From contig NIVC01002050.1 in NCBI GenBank assembly GCA_002269645.1, positions 62,001 to 126,000 of the forward strand: DNA of 64,000 nucleotides. Direction: 5' to 3'. Shown in pieces: positions 24,891-37,344 of the stretch (position 1 is its first letter; the number at the start of each line of letters is the position of its first letter). The DNA comes from Macrostomum lignano (Eukaryota). The translations under genes were made by a program, and so were the position numbers. A model generated the notes under the pieces. It worked only from the letters and a program-made list of their open reading frames with translations, was not told the DNA's origin and did no database searches.

Positions 24891-26259
24891 TTGTATTAGG
24901 ACTCTAGGTCTAGGATGCTTGAAAGAGCAATTGTGATCGAGAGTACTTGAAAGAGACCTCTTGTGTCGTGTCCAGTTGTAGAGCAAGGCATTGATACAAG
25001 TGCATATGCAATAGTCGATAAATTTCATCCTTTCGTCTGCAGCTCATTATATAAAACTGAGTTTGGTAGATCGAAATCAGGTACAGTATTATGTACTAAT
25101 TAGAGCAGAGTACAGAACTTTATCACTCCAGCTGGAACGTTCACTTGCTAGATTCACCGGCCGCAACCATTCCTATATCTTGCACTTGGTCGGCTCAGCG
25201 GCGCTGTTTGTACACAAGCTACCAGCAGGACACTTGGTGCATTCTTTGGACCCCTTCGTGTTGGCGAAGCTGCCTGGTGAACACTAAAAATGAATCAGAC
25301 TTGCCTCGTAAAATAGAGCAGGCGCTGAACCCGGCTCGGTCAGCAATGCTTCCTACGCTCGTAAATATAAATTGTCTGGCTATAGGTGAAACGAAACTAA
25401 AACATGAGAACACTCAGGCAGCGGTTCGACAAAAATAAAATGTTTTAGTGATAAGTACAAGTGCATGCTTGTTATTATCGAATTCGAAAATATTGAAAAA
25501 AGAAGAAAACTACTGAATAGTGCTGAGCTGAGGTTAAAGTTAAAGTTCTTTATTGTTGCTTATCTAAGATTGTCGGCAGTTCCAGTTTGTCGACCTGTCG
25601 TGTTGCTTTTGCTTAAAAGTACATGCAGCTTAAAAAGTAATGTTGTAGTACGTGTTGCTGTTTTATTTGATTAGGAAATATCGAATATTAGGGAATAAAT
25701 ATAATAAATCATTAGATCCTGAGATTTACACGTACAGCGATGAGTGATACACTTATATCACGGATGGTTACTCTGGAAAATAGATACAGTGCAACAAAAG
25801 CTGCGAGCGGCCTGTTATGAGTATAACATGGCGTAAAACTCAAAGATCGGGTGTTTTTTGGATCAATTTCCTGAAAAAATACGCTGTGAAGATCGGAAAA
25901 ATCCTTTTTTCATCACTTGATCTGGGCAAGTGTAGTCTGGGCACTTCTATTAATTTAGCATGCACAGCACGTTTCTCTGTTGCATTTTATATGGTTGTGT
26001 GGTGAAGGTTTCATTTTCATATTTTTATTTCATAAGTAAATCTGTAGTTTTGTTTCATAGATTTTTGCTATCTCCATCGATTTTTGCTATTTTTTATGGA
26101 GATTGGCAAAAACATTACACGATCCTTGAGCTTTACGTCCTGTTTATACTGCAGCAGTCCTTGGCTGCGAGCACAGCCAGAGAATTCAAAGTTTTGTCTG
26201 CTTTATTTTTGTTAAATAAATTTTTAATTGTTCACTGCAGATCAGTCTGAAGTCTCAGC

Positions 26260-26748
26260 TCACTTCTTGCTTGGCGGCGGCACCACAGTGGTGGGGACGT
26301 GGCTGTGATGCAGCACGTAGTCCGACACCGAGCCCATGAAAGTGCGCCGCATGGTGCCAAGCCCGCGACAGCCCATTACCACCAAGTCGGCGGGGACCTC
26401 CCGCATCATGGCGCAAAGAGCCTCGCCCGGATTGGCTGACACGCGATTGTGGACGAAGATGTTGGACTCGGCCAGGTCCGGCATGAGCCGCTTCAGCCAG
26501 TTGTCGCGCGCTCGAGCCTGCATCTCCTCGGTCTCGCGCACCCGCTTGCTCCAGGCCTCCTCGTACTTGCTGGCCCTGTGGCCGCCGCCGAATCCGGTGC
26601 CAGTGTTGTAGTCCGGTGGATCCACCACGCTCAACAGGTGCAGCCGGTCTTCCGGCTTAGCCAAGTACTCGGCGTAGTAGGCCATGGCGTCATGGCTCTG
26701 CTGACTGCCGTCGATGCACAGAGCGATGTTACGTTGGCTGGGAGACAT
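26260..26748 (-). CDS. Universal stress protein A (USP)-domain protein, intronless, 162 aa
   Basis: N-terminal IALCIDGSQQS, HLLSVVDPP, and the C-terminal nucleotide-binding motif VVMGCRGLGTMRRTFMGSVSDYVLHHSHVPTTVVP typical of eukaryotic USPs. Confidence 0.93.
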   Translation of the reverse strand: MSPSQRNIALCIDGSQQSHDAMAYYAEYLAKPEDRLHLLSVVDPPDYNTGTGFGGGHRASKYEEAWSKRVRETEEMQARARDNWLKRLMPDLAESNIFVHNRVSANPGEALCAMMREVPADLVVMGCRGLGTMRRTFMGSVSDYVLHHSHVPTTVVPPPSKK

Positions 26749-27679
26749 TGTTGTTGTTTACTGTTTTGCGCTTGTTTTTGAGATGCAAGAGAGGTTCTCG
26801 CGAGCGAACGAACAGCTTCTTAGTTATTCAACCCATTTATACACCCTTTTTGCACGACAGGCAGAGGGAGAGAGAAAGAGGGGAGAGGTGCATGCACGAT
26901 GGACGGCAGGTAGAGACGATACCGGCACGTTATTACTGTTCACACGGGTTGCGCACCTATTATATGGATGAGAAGATGGTTGCGCGGGTGCTCCAATGAC
27001 CGGGCCGGGTGCATATCTACAGTAATTCGAAGGTTGCTTATAGCCTTTAAGTGAAACCGAATAGAAATGCTGCACGCTCTTTTATATCACCCATTTCTCG
27101 CATTCATGTGCCATCACTAGTGAGTTGTGAGCTCGTCGGAAAACACAGCAGCAACCCTCACTTCTCTCCCACAGAAGTAAACTATACACAATACTTCTAC
27201 AGCAGAATTGGAGGCAAGAGGCCATTCTGTTGAACTGCATTGAGGCCTCTATTGTTACATTGTTTTCGCCTGGCCGCCTGGCCTGGCTGTGTAGTCAGTG
27301 CTCGCTCAGCCTTGGGTAGTAGCTCATAATCGGCATGCAGTAGAAAGCATTCAATCCTAAATTGCATTTAAGTTGGTGTGGCCAAGCTCTGGCCAAGCAT
27401 ATTCCTATGTAAAATACAGAGTTACTGTGCCTGGCTGAGCACACCAATGGCACCTTATTACATTGTCAAACTGATATTTTTGATGCAGCACCCACTCAAG
27501 CGTACAGCCTCATTCGTTTTATTTGGCTTCATTCATGGGTATATTGCCAGTAAACTCTAAATATGAACGCTCTGAGAATGAACGCGATTCTTTTTGCTTT
27601 ATATTATTGTGTCTTGATGTCTTGATCTTGCTGGGCGCCCTTGTCTCTTGGTGTGCGTTACACTATCTCTTGATAATGC

Positions 27680-28200
27680 GCCACTGTCTCTTGGTGAGCG
27701 CCATTGTCTCTTGGTAATGCGCCACTGTCTCTTGGTAATGCGCCACTGTCTCTTGGTGTGCGCCACTGTCTCTTGGTGTGCGCCACTGTCTCTTGGTAAT
27801 GCGCCACTGTCTCTTGGTGTGCGCCACTGTCTCTTGGTGTGCACTAATGTCTCTTGGTGTGCGCTAATGTCTCTTGGTGTGCGCCACTGTCTCTTGGTGT
27901 GCGCTAATGTCTCTTGGTGTGCGCTAATGTCTCTTGGTGTGCGCTAATGTCTCTTGGTGTGCGCCACTGTCTCTTGGTGTGCACTAATGTCTCTTGGTGT
28001 GCGCTAATGTCTCTTGGTGTGCGCCACTGTCTCTTGGTGTGCGCTAATGTCTCTTGGTGTGCGCTAATGTCTCTTGGTGTGCGCTAATGTCTCTTGGTGT
28101 GCGCTAATGTCTCTTGGTGTGCGCTAATGTCTCAATTGGTGTGCGCTAATGTCTCTTGGTGTGCGCTAATGTCTCTTGGTGTGCGCTAATGTCTCTTGGT
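27680..28200. repeat. 20-bp minisatellite
   Basis: Unit GTCTCTTGGTGTGCGC(CACT/TAAT). Confidence 0.95.
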
Positions 28201-29132
28201 GAGTCTTAAAAACTATACCGGTGTTTCCTTTCCTCTCACTGTTCAGCCTCACAAAACAGAGCCTCGAACATCGTCTAATGCACCGGCAGGAATGATAAAA
28301 TTTATGGCACGTTGCCAAGCACAGTGCGCGCGCTAAGTTTGAAATTTAAGCCCTATCCGAACAGGTATGCAGGATCAATAGAACGAAGGACAGAGAGCTA
28401 CCTTGCTGTCAAAAGGAAGATATGCAAATTCAATCAACATACAAGATCAGAGTAAAATTCACGCACAAACTTTTAGAAACCGACTTTTTCGATGGTAAGA
28501 AACTGGATAATCCTAAATTGTCTCCCGGATGGCTGAGCATTTACTGAATCTTAGTTTTTTAGTTGGCAGTCTGGTTCACTAGCCTAGGCTCTAGGCTCTA
28601 ATTGGACACGAGAGTCTGCAAAGGACTTTTATTATAGGTCTACAAAATACATGCTTCCCTCGACAACGTCACCGTTCACAAAGCATAGAAGGTGTCACTA
28701 AAAAATTCTAATTTCTTAAATTTGAATATAGAAATGATGAAAACAAATGTACATGTAAATTTAAATTAACTAAGAATATCTGACATATTATGACTTCTTT
28801 GCACTTTTGGGATTTCAACATTTTAAGAAAAACATGATTTATAAAATAATTGAGCATTTGAGCAATCGAGAAAAAAATGAGCAGGGGTGAAAAACAGACT
28901 CAAGCAATATCTGCATCACTCTGAGTGGGAGCTTGAAGCGAGAGAGTTTCATGGGGAGAGTTCGTCTACTAACAAGTAGAAAGTATAGAGTAAAGCACGA
29001 AAAATTATGAAAAATCGAGGAGCGCAAGCAAAAGTAATAACTCTATCTAGCAAAGATTTATTAGCTAGCTCGTACTAAGGTTCGATTCCAATACTTGCTA
29101 GATGACACCTGACCTAAGAAAGTGGCAGTTTT

Positions 29133-29367
29133 CAGTGGCGTACCCAGGAATTTCCATTGGGGGGCTGCCATTTGGGTTGGGGGGGGGTCATACGAATTAC
29201 ATTTGTGATGTAGCTTGTCAGTTATCTATTGACTTGACAGTTGGTCAAAGGTACCCAGACCAGTAAAAGATGGAAGAAAAAGTGGTACTCAGCCTGGTGG
29301 CCGCCGCCACCACAGACCTCCGTCGCCCCACCCCCCCCCCCCAGGCAATTGATGTTATACGCCACTG
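29133..29367. mobile_element. hAT-like MITE
   Basis: TIR CAGTGGCGTA / TACGCCACTG; 8-bp flanks GCAGTTTT vs ACAGTTTG (6/8); G- and C-runs subterminally. Confidence 0.7.
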
Positions 29368-30174
29368 ACAGTTTGGACTTTTATTTGTGGTTTGTGTGTC
29401 ATACTGCAATTTGCAATTTTAATGAATCATCATAATAAACCTGTCAATCCGCATATTCCTAAATGTCTAAGATCTTTACAACACTAATGCTGATTACAAT
29501 ACTGATACTAGGAGTAGTGATGCATCGCACTCGTACTGTAAAGTTAATAAGAGGTTGAAAAGTATGAACATGCTATAAAAATGAGAAAAATTCGGAAATA
29601 CATTATACTCGTAAGTTATTACAATCATTTGACTTTCAGTACCTTTCACAATGCGCCGTTGGTGCTATGTTATACTCCACTCTTCCCTTCAAACCTCAGA
29701 CAATCTGCATTGTACTCCTGCTCGTACGAGCTACTTAATTATTTTACGGGGCGCGTACGCGTACACACGTACGTAAAGAATATTCGAATAAAAAACGAAA
29801 TAATCATCTGAGTTATTATTAACAAGAGGCAAACGACTAGTAGGCCACAGACATGAATTCACAACTGGGGTAAGCCCCAAAGCCTTCATTCAGTTTTCTT
29901 TCCAAGTCTCCAGTGTACATTCAACTGGGGGGGTTGGCCGGGGGTGGCGTATGTGCGTGGGGCGGGAATTGGATGTACGCAGGGAAAGAGAGACGAAAGG
30001 GAAGGGTTTGAGGGAGATACGTGAACCCTTAAATTATGCTGAGTAAGAACGGCGCTTTGCTTGCGAACCTCAGAAATATAGCTGCTGCTCGTGTATTTAA
30101 TAGATTAGCTTTCCTCGCATTTAATTCAACTGGGCAAGATTTTGAAGCAGCCGGTTTAAGCTACACGCCTTAGC

Positions 30175-30381
30175 ATGGACCAAATCACCGATTTCATCTC
30201 GCCTGCTCGGCAGTTTGTGAAGGACTCTATCCGACTGGTGAACAGGTGCACTAAGCCTGACCGACGGGAGTTTCAGAAGATCGCCGCTGCCACTGCCATC
30301 GGCTTTGCCATCATGGGATTTATCGGCTTCTTTGTAAAGTTGATCCACATCCCGATCAACAACATCATCGTTGGATCCTAA
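30175..30381 (+). CDS. SEC61G: Protein transport protein Sec61 subunit gamma, intronless, 68 aa
   Basis: [68 protein letters not shown], near-identical to metazoan Sec61-gamma. Confidence 0.98.
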   Translation: MDQITDFISPARQFVKDSIRLVNRCTKPDRREFQKIAAATAIGFAIMGFIGFFVKLIHIPINNIIVGS

Positions 30382-31272
30382 TTTGCGCTGCTTGCATTTT
30401 TGATTGATTAAACTTAAACTTATTATATTATGTTAGTATGTATATTGTATAACTTAAGATTCGATTAGTAACTCAATCATATAGTATATTCACTGGTCGC
30501 TTCTAATCACATTTGATGCTTCTTTTTTGAAATCCTGCTCCTGACTCGTATTAACTCGTACTAAATAACTCGTATTATTTAGCAATCAAGATCGGAACTA
30601 TTTGACTACTTCAAGAAGCCTAGAGGGTTTAATGAGGAAAGAAATTTAAATGCTTTAGATTGAACATTAATAGGGTCAGATAGATCAAGACTGAATCAAT
30701 ATACGATAAAGTTATCACATTATTATTTTATTATTCACCAGCTCGTAGTCTGTCTGCGCTTATTTTCATTTTTACCACCAAATCATATTAATTTTACAGG
30801 CTAATTTTTTAATTTAAATAAAATTAAATGAGGCTAATAATAGAAAAGTTAGTCTACTCAATTTGTACAAGTATGATGTTGAGTCCCAATTATGCAAGCT
30901 ATGTATGAAGAATGTTATAATAATTGACTGTCACCTTGTCTTCTATTTCTGCCATTAAATCAACTTAAATCTTTGTTGTTCTAGAATTATCAGTATAGTT
31001 CATGCGTGACCCTTTTCGATGTTCTGTTTATTGTGCTGTTCACAGCTAATATTCTTGATTTTAATGTTATTAGCAATAACAATCTGTTTACTTCAATGTA
31101 AGTGAAAATAGATTGGTTGTTACTTATTAATAAAAGTGTAAATTAACAAAACGGAGCTGCTATTGTGCTAATGAATGAGCTTGTTTGAAGTTTGTTAATG
31201 AGTATTTAAGTACGAAACTTAGCATATAGGAGATAAGGCAGGGAGTAATGTCCCAATTTTCGGTGTTACAGC

Positions 31273-31462
31273 CAGGTGTGTAGCCAGGAATTTCCTACAG
31301 GGGGGATACACCAAGGTGAATTTTCTATGGGGGATACACTAAGGTAAAAGTGCTATGACAGAGTCACATGGTAGCATGTATAGCAACAAAGGGCAACAAA
31401 AAAGTTATGGTCAGGCTCTTCGGGGGGATACATCCCCCCTATCCTCCCTCCCTACAGCCCTG
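31273..31462. mobile_element. hAT-like MITE (190 bp) with a perfect 8-bp target-site duplication
   Basis: GTTACAGC at 31265-31272 and 31463-31470; imperfect TIR CAGGTGTGTAG / CTACAGCCCTG. Confidence 0.8.
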
Positions 31463-31622
31463 GTTACAGCTTACAGAAAATAAGCCAAAATTATTTAATT
31501 CAAACTACAATCTACATCTAGAAATTTACGCATCTATTTATAAATGGGCGCATTAAAGGTGCCCTCTGTTAAGTCATTTTTAGTTATTTTAAGCCACTCG
31601 AGAAATGATTTTAAGCGGACGA

Positions 31623-31890
31623 GGGGCCTTTTCATATTGCTTGTTCTGGTTCCAGAACCAGAACCAATTTGTGAAGTATAACTTTTTGTCTCCATAACTA
31701 GAGGGAGATATGTGCTATAAAGTTTTTATTATTGAATGACAATCGCCAAGAAGAAAGTGAAAAATTGTGTTAAGTTAGGTTGTTAAGGCAGACGCAGTCA
31801 AATATTAACAGAGTTTAATAGTTATACTGCTGTTTTTCTTGGAATTCCGAACCGATTCTGGTTCTGGAATTGGTAAAATGAAAAGGCCCC
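31623..31890. mobile_element. MITE (PIF/Harbinger-like termini)
   Basis: 13-bp TIR GGGGCCTTTTCAT / ATGAAAAGGCCCC plus subterminal CCAGAACCAGAA inverted repeats; target duplication unclear. Confidence 0.6.
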
Positions 31891-32060
31891 AGGAGACTTG
31901 AAAAAAGGCAAGACCCGGTATATTTATTTAAAAATTTACCTACACGAAGTCCGGGGCTTGACTTGACTTACTTTGACTTAGCTGCAGGGCTGTCCCGGAG
32001 GGGACACAGCGGGAAGGCGCGGGCGCCCATTCCGCTAGTCCCTGAACGGCCGACGCGTCG

Positions 32061-35000
32061 CTATGGACGGAGGGTTGGCGCCGCCCAGGGAGGTCCCCCA
32101 GTGTCGCCAGCAGCTATGGTGCTCTCTGGAAAGGAGAGTTCAGCCCTGCGGGTGGCCCGAAGGTAGCGCATGAGCTGATTAAAGTTTTCGGGTTTGCACG
32201 CTTCAGTAATAGATGTGTGTGGCCCGAGGTAAGTGAGTCTGGCCCGCGTGAAGGCGGGACAGATGCTGACGAAATGCTCAGCGGTTTCGTCACCTGAGTT
32301 GCAGAAACTACAGGTGGCGTTGGTGGCGTTGCCCTGCAGGTACTGGTGCCTGGAGAAGCAGCCGTGACCAGAGAGGGTCATGGTGGCAGCCCGGATGTCT
32401 CTGCGCGAGAGGCGCAAGAGGAGCTTCCGGAGCTGGTGAGAGGGCTGAGGGACAGCGCCTCTGGATTGCCTGCAGTTCGTGCGGTTCGCCCAAGTCGAGC
32501 GGTGCTGAGTCCTGATCCACGCTTTGATGCGCGAGTCGATGACACAGCCAGGAATCGGGACAAGAGGTTCGGGGCCGAGAGAGGAGCCGGAGGCACCAAC
32601 TTTTGCAAGGGTGTCAGCCAACTCATTTCCTCGGATCCCCACATGCCCCGGAACCCACTTAAGGGTAATTTTGTTGGCGGAACCCAACATGTTGAGGAGT
32701 TTGATACAGTCAAGGACTGTAGCAGAGTTGGTGCTGCAGCCACTGATGGCGTGCAAGGCAGCTTGGCTGTCCGAATGGAAAATGATGTTCTTACCAGTAA
32801 CGCCAGTGGCGAGAAGCTCTGCAGTGCAGGAGCTGATGGCCAGAACTTCATTTTGGAAAACACTGGAGTTGACCCCAGTGTATTGAGCGTGGGTAGCGAT
32901 GACCCTCCCGTTCAGAAAGATTCCAACACCAAAGCCGGTGTTGGCTGACTGCTTAGAACCGTCGGTGTAGCAATGAAGCTCACCAGGGTTCCAATGGTCA
33001 TTGATGTTATCGCGCGAGTCAATAGCTACGGAGTAGCGCTGTCTCAGGTTGAGCGTTGAGGCAATGCCATCGGTGAAGACGCGATTGGCCTGACACTCGT
33101 TGAGAAAGTTGAGGCACAGATCGCTATGCGGGACAAGGTTCCGCTTAGCAGGTGCTCTCATGTAAATGAATTTGACGCCGGCATCAATTAGACGCCGCGT
33201 CGTTCTAGCCGCCTCACCCCTGATGAAGAGGTCAAGAGGCGGAAGATTAAGAAAGGCCCCCATGCCAGCAAAGGGCGTGGACCTGGTGGCGTTGCAGATG
33301 AGCCTACACGCTCTGCCTTGGATCGTGTTGAGCAGGTCTGCATGGCTTTTGACCTGGGTAGCGCTAACCCAGACAACAGAGGCGTACGTAATGGCAGGTC
33401 TAACTACGGAAGTATAGATCCACCAAAGCCGCTTTGGGGATAGACCCCAAGAAGTGCCAAGTGCTCGTCGGAGCTGGGCCAGGATGGCTGAGGCACGCTT
33501 AGCTTTTGCTTTCACGTGGAAGGACCAGTTGAGCCGGTGGTCAAGTGTGACCCCGAGACATCTGGTCTGGTGCGCGAAGGCAATATCTCTGCCGTAGAGC
33601 TGCAGAGGACGTATGTTCCAGCGTAGTCTGCTGGTAAACATAATGGCAACGGTTTTGGGCTCAGAGAGTTCCAAACCATTGTCATTGGCCCAGGATTCTG
33701 CTTTGCGGATAAAGCTCTGCATCAGATCCCTGAGCGTGCTGGGAGACGGTCCTGCCACAATGGCCGTGACGTCATCAGCATACCCGACTTTGAAGACGGG
33801 GTCAGGTCGGGAGTCACTCAGAAGAGCGTCCATGACCAGGTTCCAGAGCGTCGGGGTGAGGACTCCGCCTTGGGGTCCACCCTTACAGACTCTGGTGGAG
33901 GCAGTTTGCCCAAGAAGTTGGGCAGTGACCGTACGGTTGGAGATCATGTACATGATCCACCGTATGAGGGTAGCATGAGCTTTGCGATTTTGAAGGGCCC
34001 TCTGAAACGCTTCAAAGATAACGTTGTCGAAGGCGCCAACAATGTCAAGAAAGAGAGCCAGGGCGTAACCGTCACCCAGTACCGCCCGTTCAATCTTTTC
34101 GACAATCGCATGCAGGGCGCTGTCAGTCGACCTCCCGGTACGGAAGGCGTGCTGATTATTGCTGAGGGGCATCGCTGTCAGCTCGCAGGAGAGCAGCCGC
34201 CAGAGAATAAGCCTCTCAGTGAGCTTAAGCATTGCTGACGTTAAGCTAATTGGCCGGAAGGCCTTGACGCTTTGGTAGTCACCCTTCCCAGGTTTGGGAA
34301 TAAAGACTACTCGAGCTTCAGTCCAGCTTTTGGGAACGTATCCCAGCTGGATAGAGGCCCGCATAAGATTGCGGGTGAGTCTCAGGAACGAGGGTATCTT
34401 GGCTGCTTCACGAAGGAGAACAGGGTAGATACCATCAGGTCCAGGAGATTTGAAGGGTTTGAAGGTTCTGACCGCACGAGCGATTAGGTCTTCAGTGACA
34501 ATGCCCGCCGCTAGGGTGGCTCCATCCATCGAATGGTTGGGCTCCGGTCTAGCAGTAGGTACCCTCGGGAAGAATGTGCTAAGCATATGCTGAAGCACTT
34601 CTTCAGGGTCTTTAGTAAGAGAGCCATCATCTTTTTTGATCATGGCTAATTTGGACATTTTGTCCATTGTAAGGGCCTTGACAAGCCTAGAAGTAGGTCT
34701 GTCTTGATCCAATTCATTGCAGAATTGGCGCCACTTACATTCCTTGGCCTTGCGCACTTCAGATTTGAAATTGCGGGAGGCTTGCCGGAAAAGCTCCATG
34801 TCCTCCGGGTTTCCGGTCTTCATGGCACGGCGATGAAGGCTTTTGGCCTTCCGCCTGAGTTTCCCCAGCTCCGGGTTCCACCACGGCGCCGAGGTCTTGC
34901 CTCTGTAGGCGCGAGCAGGACAAGCCGCTTCGTAGGCTGCAATAATGCAACCTGTCAGCGTCTCAGCCATATGATCCACATCCTCGCAGGTCTCAATCGG

Positions 35001-35800
35001 ACGTAAGTCCGTGAGTTCCTGCAGGTGCAGATCAAGGGCAGCCTTGTAGGCCGCCCAATCAGTGTTGCGGATATTGCGTCTCCAAGTGATCGGAGACTGG
35101 GTTTTAGTGTCCGCGATATTAAAGGCAATAAAGCAGTGGTCAGACAGGGAGGGCTCCTCAGACCAGACTCTCCACTCCTTGACTCTGTCAAAGAGTCTTG
35201 GGGTAACGAGTGTGGCGTCGAGGACCTCGGTCCATCTGCCATTATTAAAGGTAGGAGTGCTGCCGCGGTTGCAGAGCATGAGGTTTGTGTTAGAGATGAG
35301 GGCCAGAAGCTCCTCTCCTCTAGTGTTGGTATCTTTGCTGCCCCAGTGCTTGTGGTGCGCGTTGAGGTCGCCCCCTAAGCACAGCTCAGCGTTCTGGGAC
35401 TCGCAGTACTGCGCAAGGCGCAGTAAACTCTCGGAGCAGGGTCTCTGTCGCCTGGGATATAAACCGAGGCAACAAGACACGTACGCGGAGAGAAATGATT
35501 AGATTGGATGACGCAAAGGTCTCCATCAGAGAGATCAGTCCTCAGCCAAGCCTGGAGATGGCTAGCAGCGAGGATAGCCGCTCTAGGGCGGCTGTTCCCC
35601 GGGCCACACACATAAAAATCAGAGTAGCCAGAGGGAATGTTGGGCAACTTACCGTTGCGCATCCAGGGTTCCTGGATCAGGATGAGGCCTGGCCTGTACA
35701 GCTCAGCAATCTTCATCAGATTTACTGACGCAGATACGCAATGCTGTAAATTTATTTGCAGACAGAATGTCGCTCCTTTGGCAGCGTGGAGCTTAGTCAT
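32061..35800 (-). CDS. LINE ORF2 (APE endonuclease, reverse transcriptase, RNase H), ~1246 aa after repairing one 1-nt frameshift near 35433
   Basis: QINLQH, LIQEPW, GGDLNAHH, SDH (APE); KSPGPDGI, FRPISL, FLDIVGAFD, GGPQGGVLTPTLW, YADD (RT); YTDGS, EVLAI, SDSQAAL, WVPGHVGIRGNELAD (RNase H); CSFC...HFVSIC. Frames join as IPGDRDPAP-ESLLRL. Confidence 0.9.
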
Positions 35801-35839
35801 ACTGTATTAAATGCAATATCTGGCTAGAGCCCAGGGTCA

Positions 35840-37344
35840 TCAAGGAGACTTGGACAACAGATCGTCCTCGTCCCAGGCCGCTGGGGCTTGACTGGGAGAT
35901 GGGAGTTGGTCGACGTCCATGGCCTCCTCACCCCCACCGGCCCCCCCAGCAGACTCCTCAGGCTCCGATGACAGGATGGAGGAAGCTTCCTCACCTGCAT
36001 CTTTACCTTCAGACCCCACCAAGGTGGCCGAGGAGAGCTCGGATTCCGAAGACCCGGCCTCGTCCTCAACTCCTTCTCCGACTGGCAGGTTTGGTTCCCG
36101 GGGCTCGGCCGGAGCCGTTACCGCGGTCGCCGAACTGCTGCTAGCAGAGGGGCGAGATGCAGCTTTGGCTTTGGGATCGGCTTGCGCCTTTCCTTGGGCC
36201 TTAGACTGCGCCCCGCTCTTGCCGGAGATGCCGGGGTTGGCAGTAGCCTTCCCTTTGGCAGACTTTCCTCGGCGCAACTTGAGCTTGAGGGCACCCAGCT
36301 GGAAAGAGGATCCATTAGGGTACCGACTCGCCCAAGTGCTGGAAAGGCCGAGGACAATTGAGTTGCCCGTCTCCCCCCTGCGGACTTTACGGTGATACAC
36401 CAGTCCACTAGCAGGGAGGTCGGGGTTCAGACGCAGTAGGACCCGGCGAATAACGTCTGGTCCAGCTGCGGTGCTCTTAGCAGGGACGAAAACCACATAG
36501 GGTATCGTCTTTGGACGCTGGCCCTCGCGAAGAAAAAGAGCTCCGCCAAGGTCAGCATCCAAGGAGACCGTCGGTAGCCGCTGGAGCAGCCGCCGAGCGT
36601 CCTCCTCGCTGCTAGGAGCAATAAGAACGAATGTGCTTCGCAGCACCATCCGCTCAACGCCGATGGAGATTCCCTCCTCGACAGTCAGCTCAATCAGATA
36701 GGAGTCAACAGCACTCCACACTTTTTGAAGCTGATCAGTGGTCCAGTCCTGGTCGCGACCTTGGATGATCACTCCCGGGATTTTGGCCTTGGCCTTCGCC
36801 GCAAAGGTAGCTCCCGAAGGAACCTCCTTGTTGGCAGTGGCCATTTGTTGCGCCGTGGTTTCGGCCTCAGCAGCCGCGGCAGCAGCTCCAGGGAGCGCCG
36901 CCGCTGAACTACTGGAGCTTCCACCGGCCGGCCCGCCTGGTTGCCTTGGGACTCCAGTCGCTTCAGCATCCATGGTGGACGCCGCCGCTTTGGCCCCGCA
37001 GCTCCCTTCTTGGCCTGCCTTTTGGCGCGTTGTTTAGCGCGTTTGCGCTCAAGCCGAGCCCGCTGAGCTTCATCGGATCTGCCAGATTTGGCCGGTCCTT
37101 TAGGCTCAGAGCTCGCGGTTCCCTTAGATCCACCAGCGGAGCTGGCAGGTCTTAGGGTATTTTGAGTTTGGTAGCTCTGGTCGGATCTGCCAGCAGAGCC
37201 AGCCGGTCCTTCCTTTGCCACAGTTGAATCAGTCGGTTGGGATCTGCCAGCAGGGCCGGCCGGTCCTTCGGACTGAGGTTGGGGTTTAGAAGGGTCCCCA
37301 TCCCTAGAAATAGCTTGTTTATCCATAGTCGGCTCGAAGGCCAT
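35840..37344 (-). CDS. LINE ORF1 (~500 aa after repairing one frameshift at the C-run 36994-36997); DUF4780-like core, no zinc knuckle
   Basis: ATG at 37344 (MAFEPT). Basic patch RARLERKRAKQRAKRQAKK. The frame continues as AKAAASTMDAE if one G is added. Core VLLRLNPDLPASGLVYH...SIVLGL...FQLGALKL resembles Loa-clade ORF1 (family match from memory, not searched). Confidence 0.75.

Noticed and set aside
26260-26748. Intronless USP as bacterial horizontal transfer or contamination
   Set aside because: USP-domain genes are established in flatworms and other invertebrates, and codon style and flanks match the neighbouring host genes
29925-29970. G-rich tract upstream of Sec61g (possible G-quadruplex)
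   Set aside because: One long loop; such tracts are common in promoters and MITEs here and nothing else supports a function
17043-30381. MVP-USP-Sec61g as a functional cluster or operon
   Set aside because: Mixed orientations, multi-kb repeat-filled spacers and no known shared pathway
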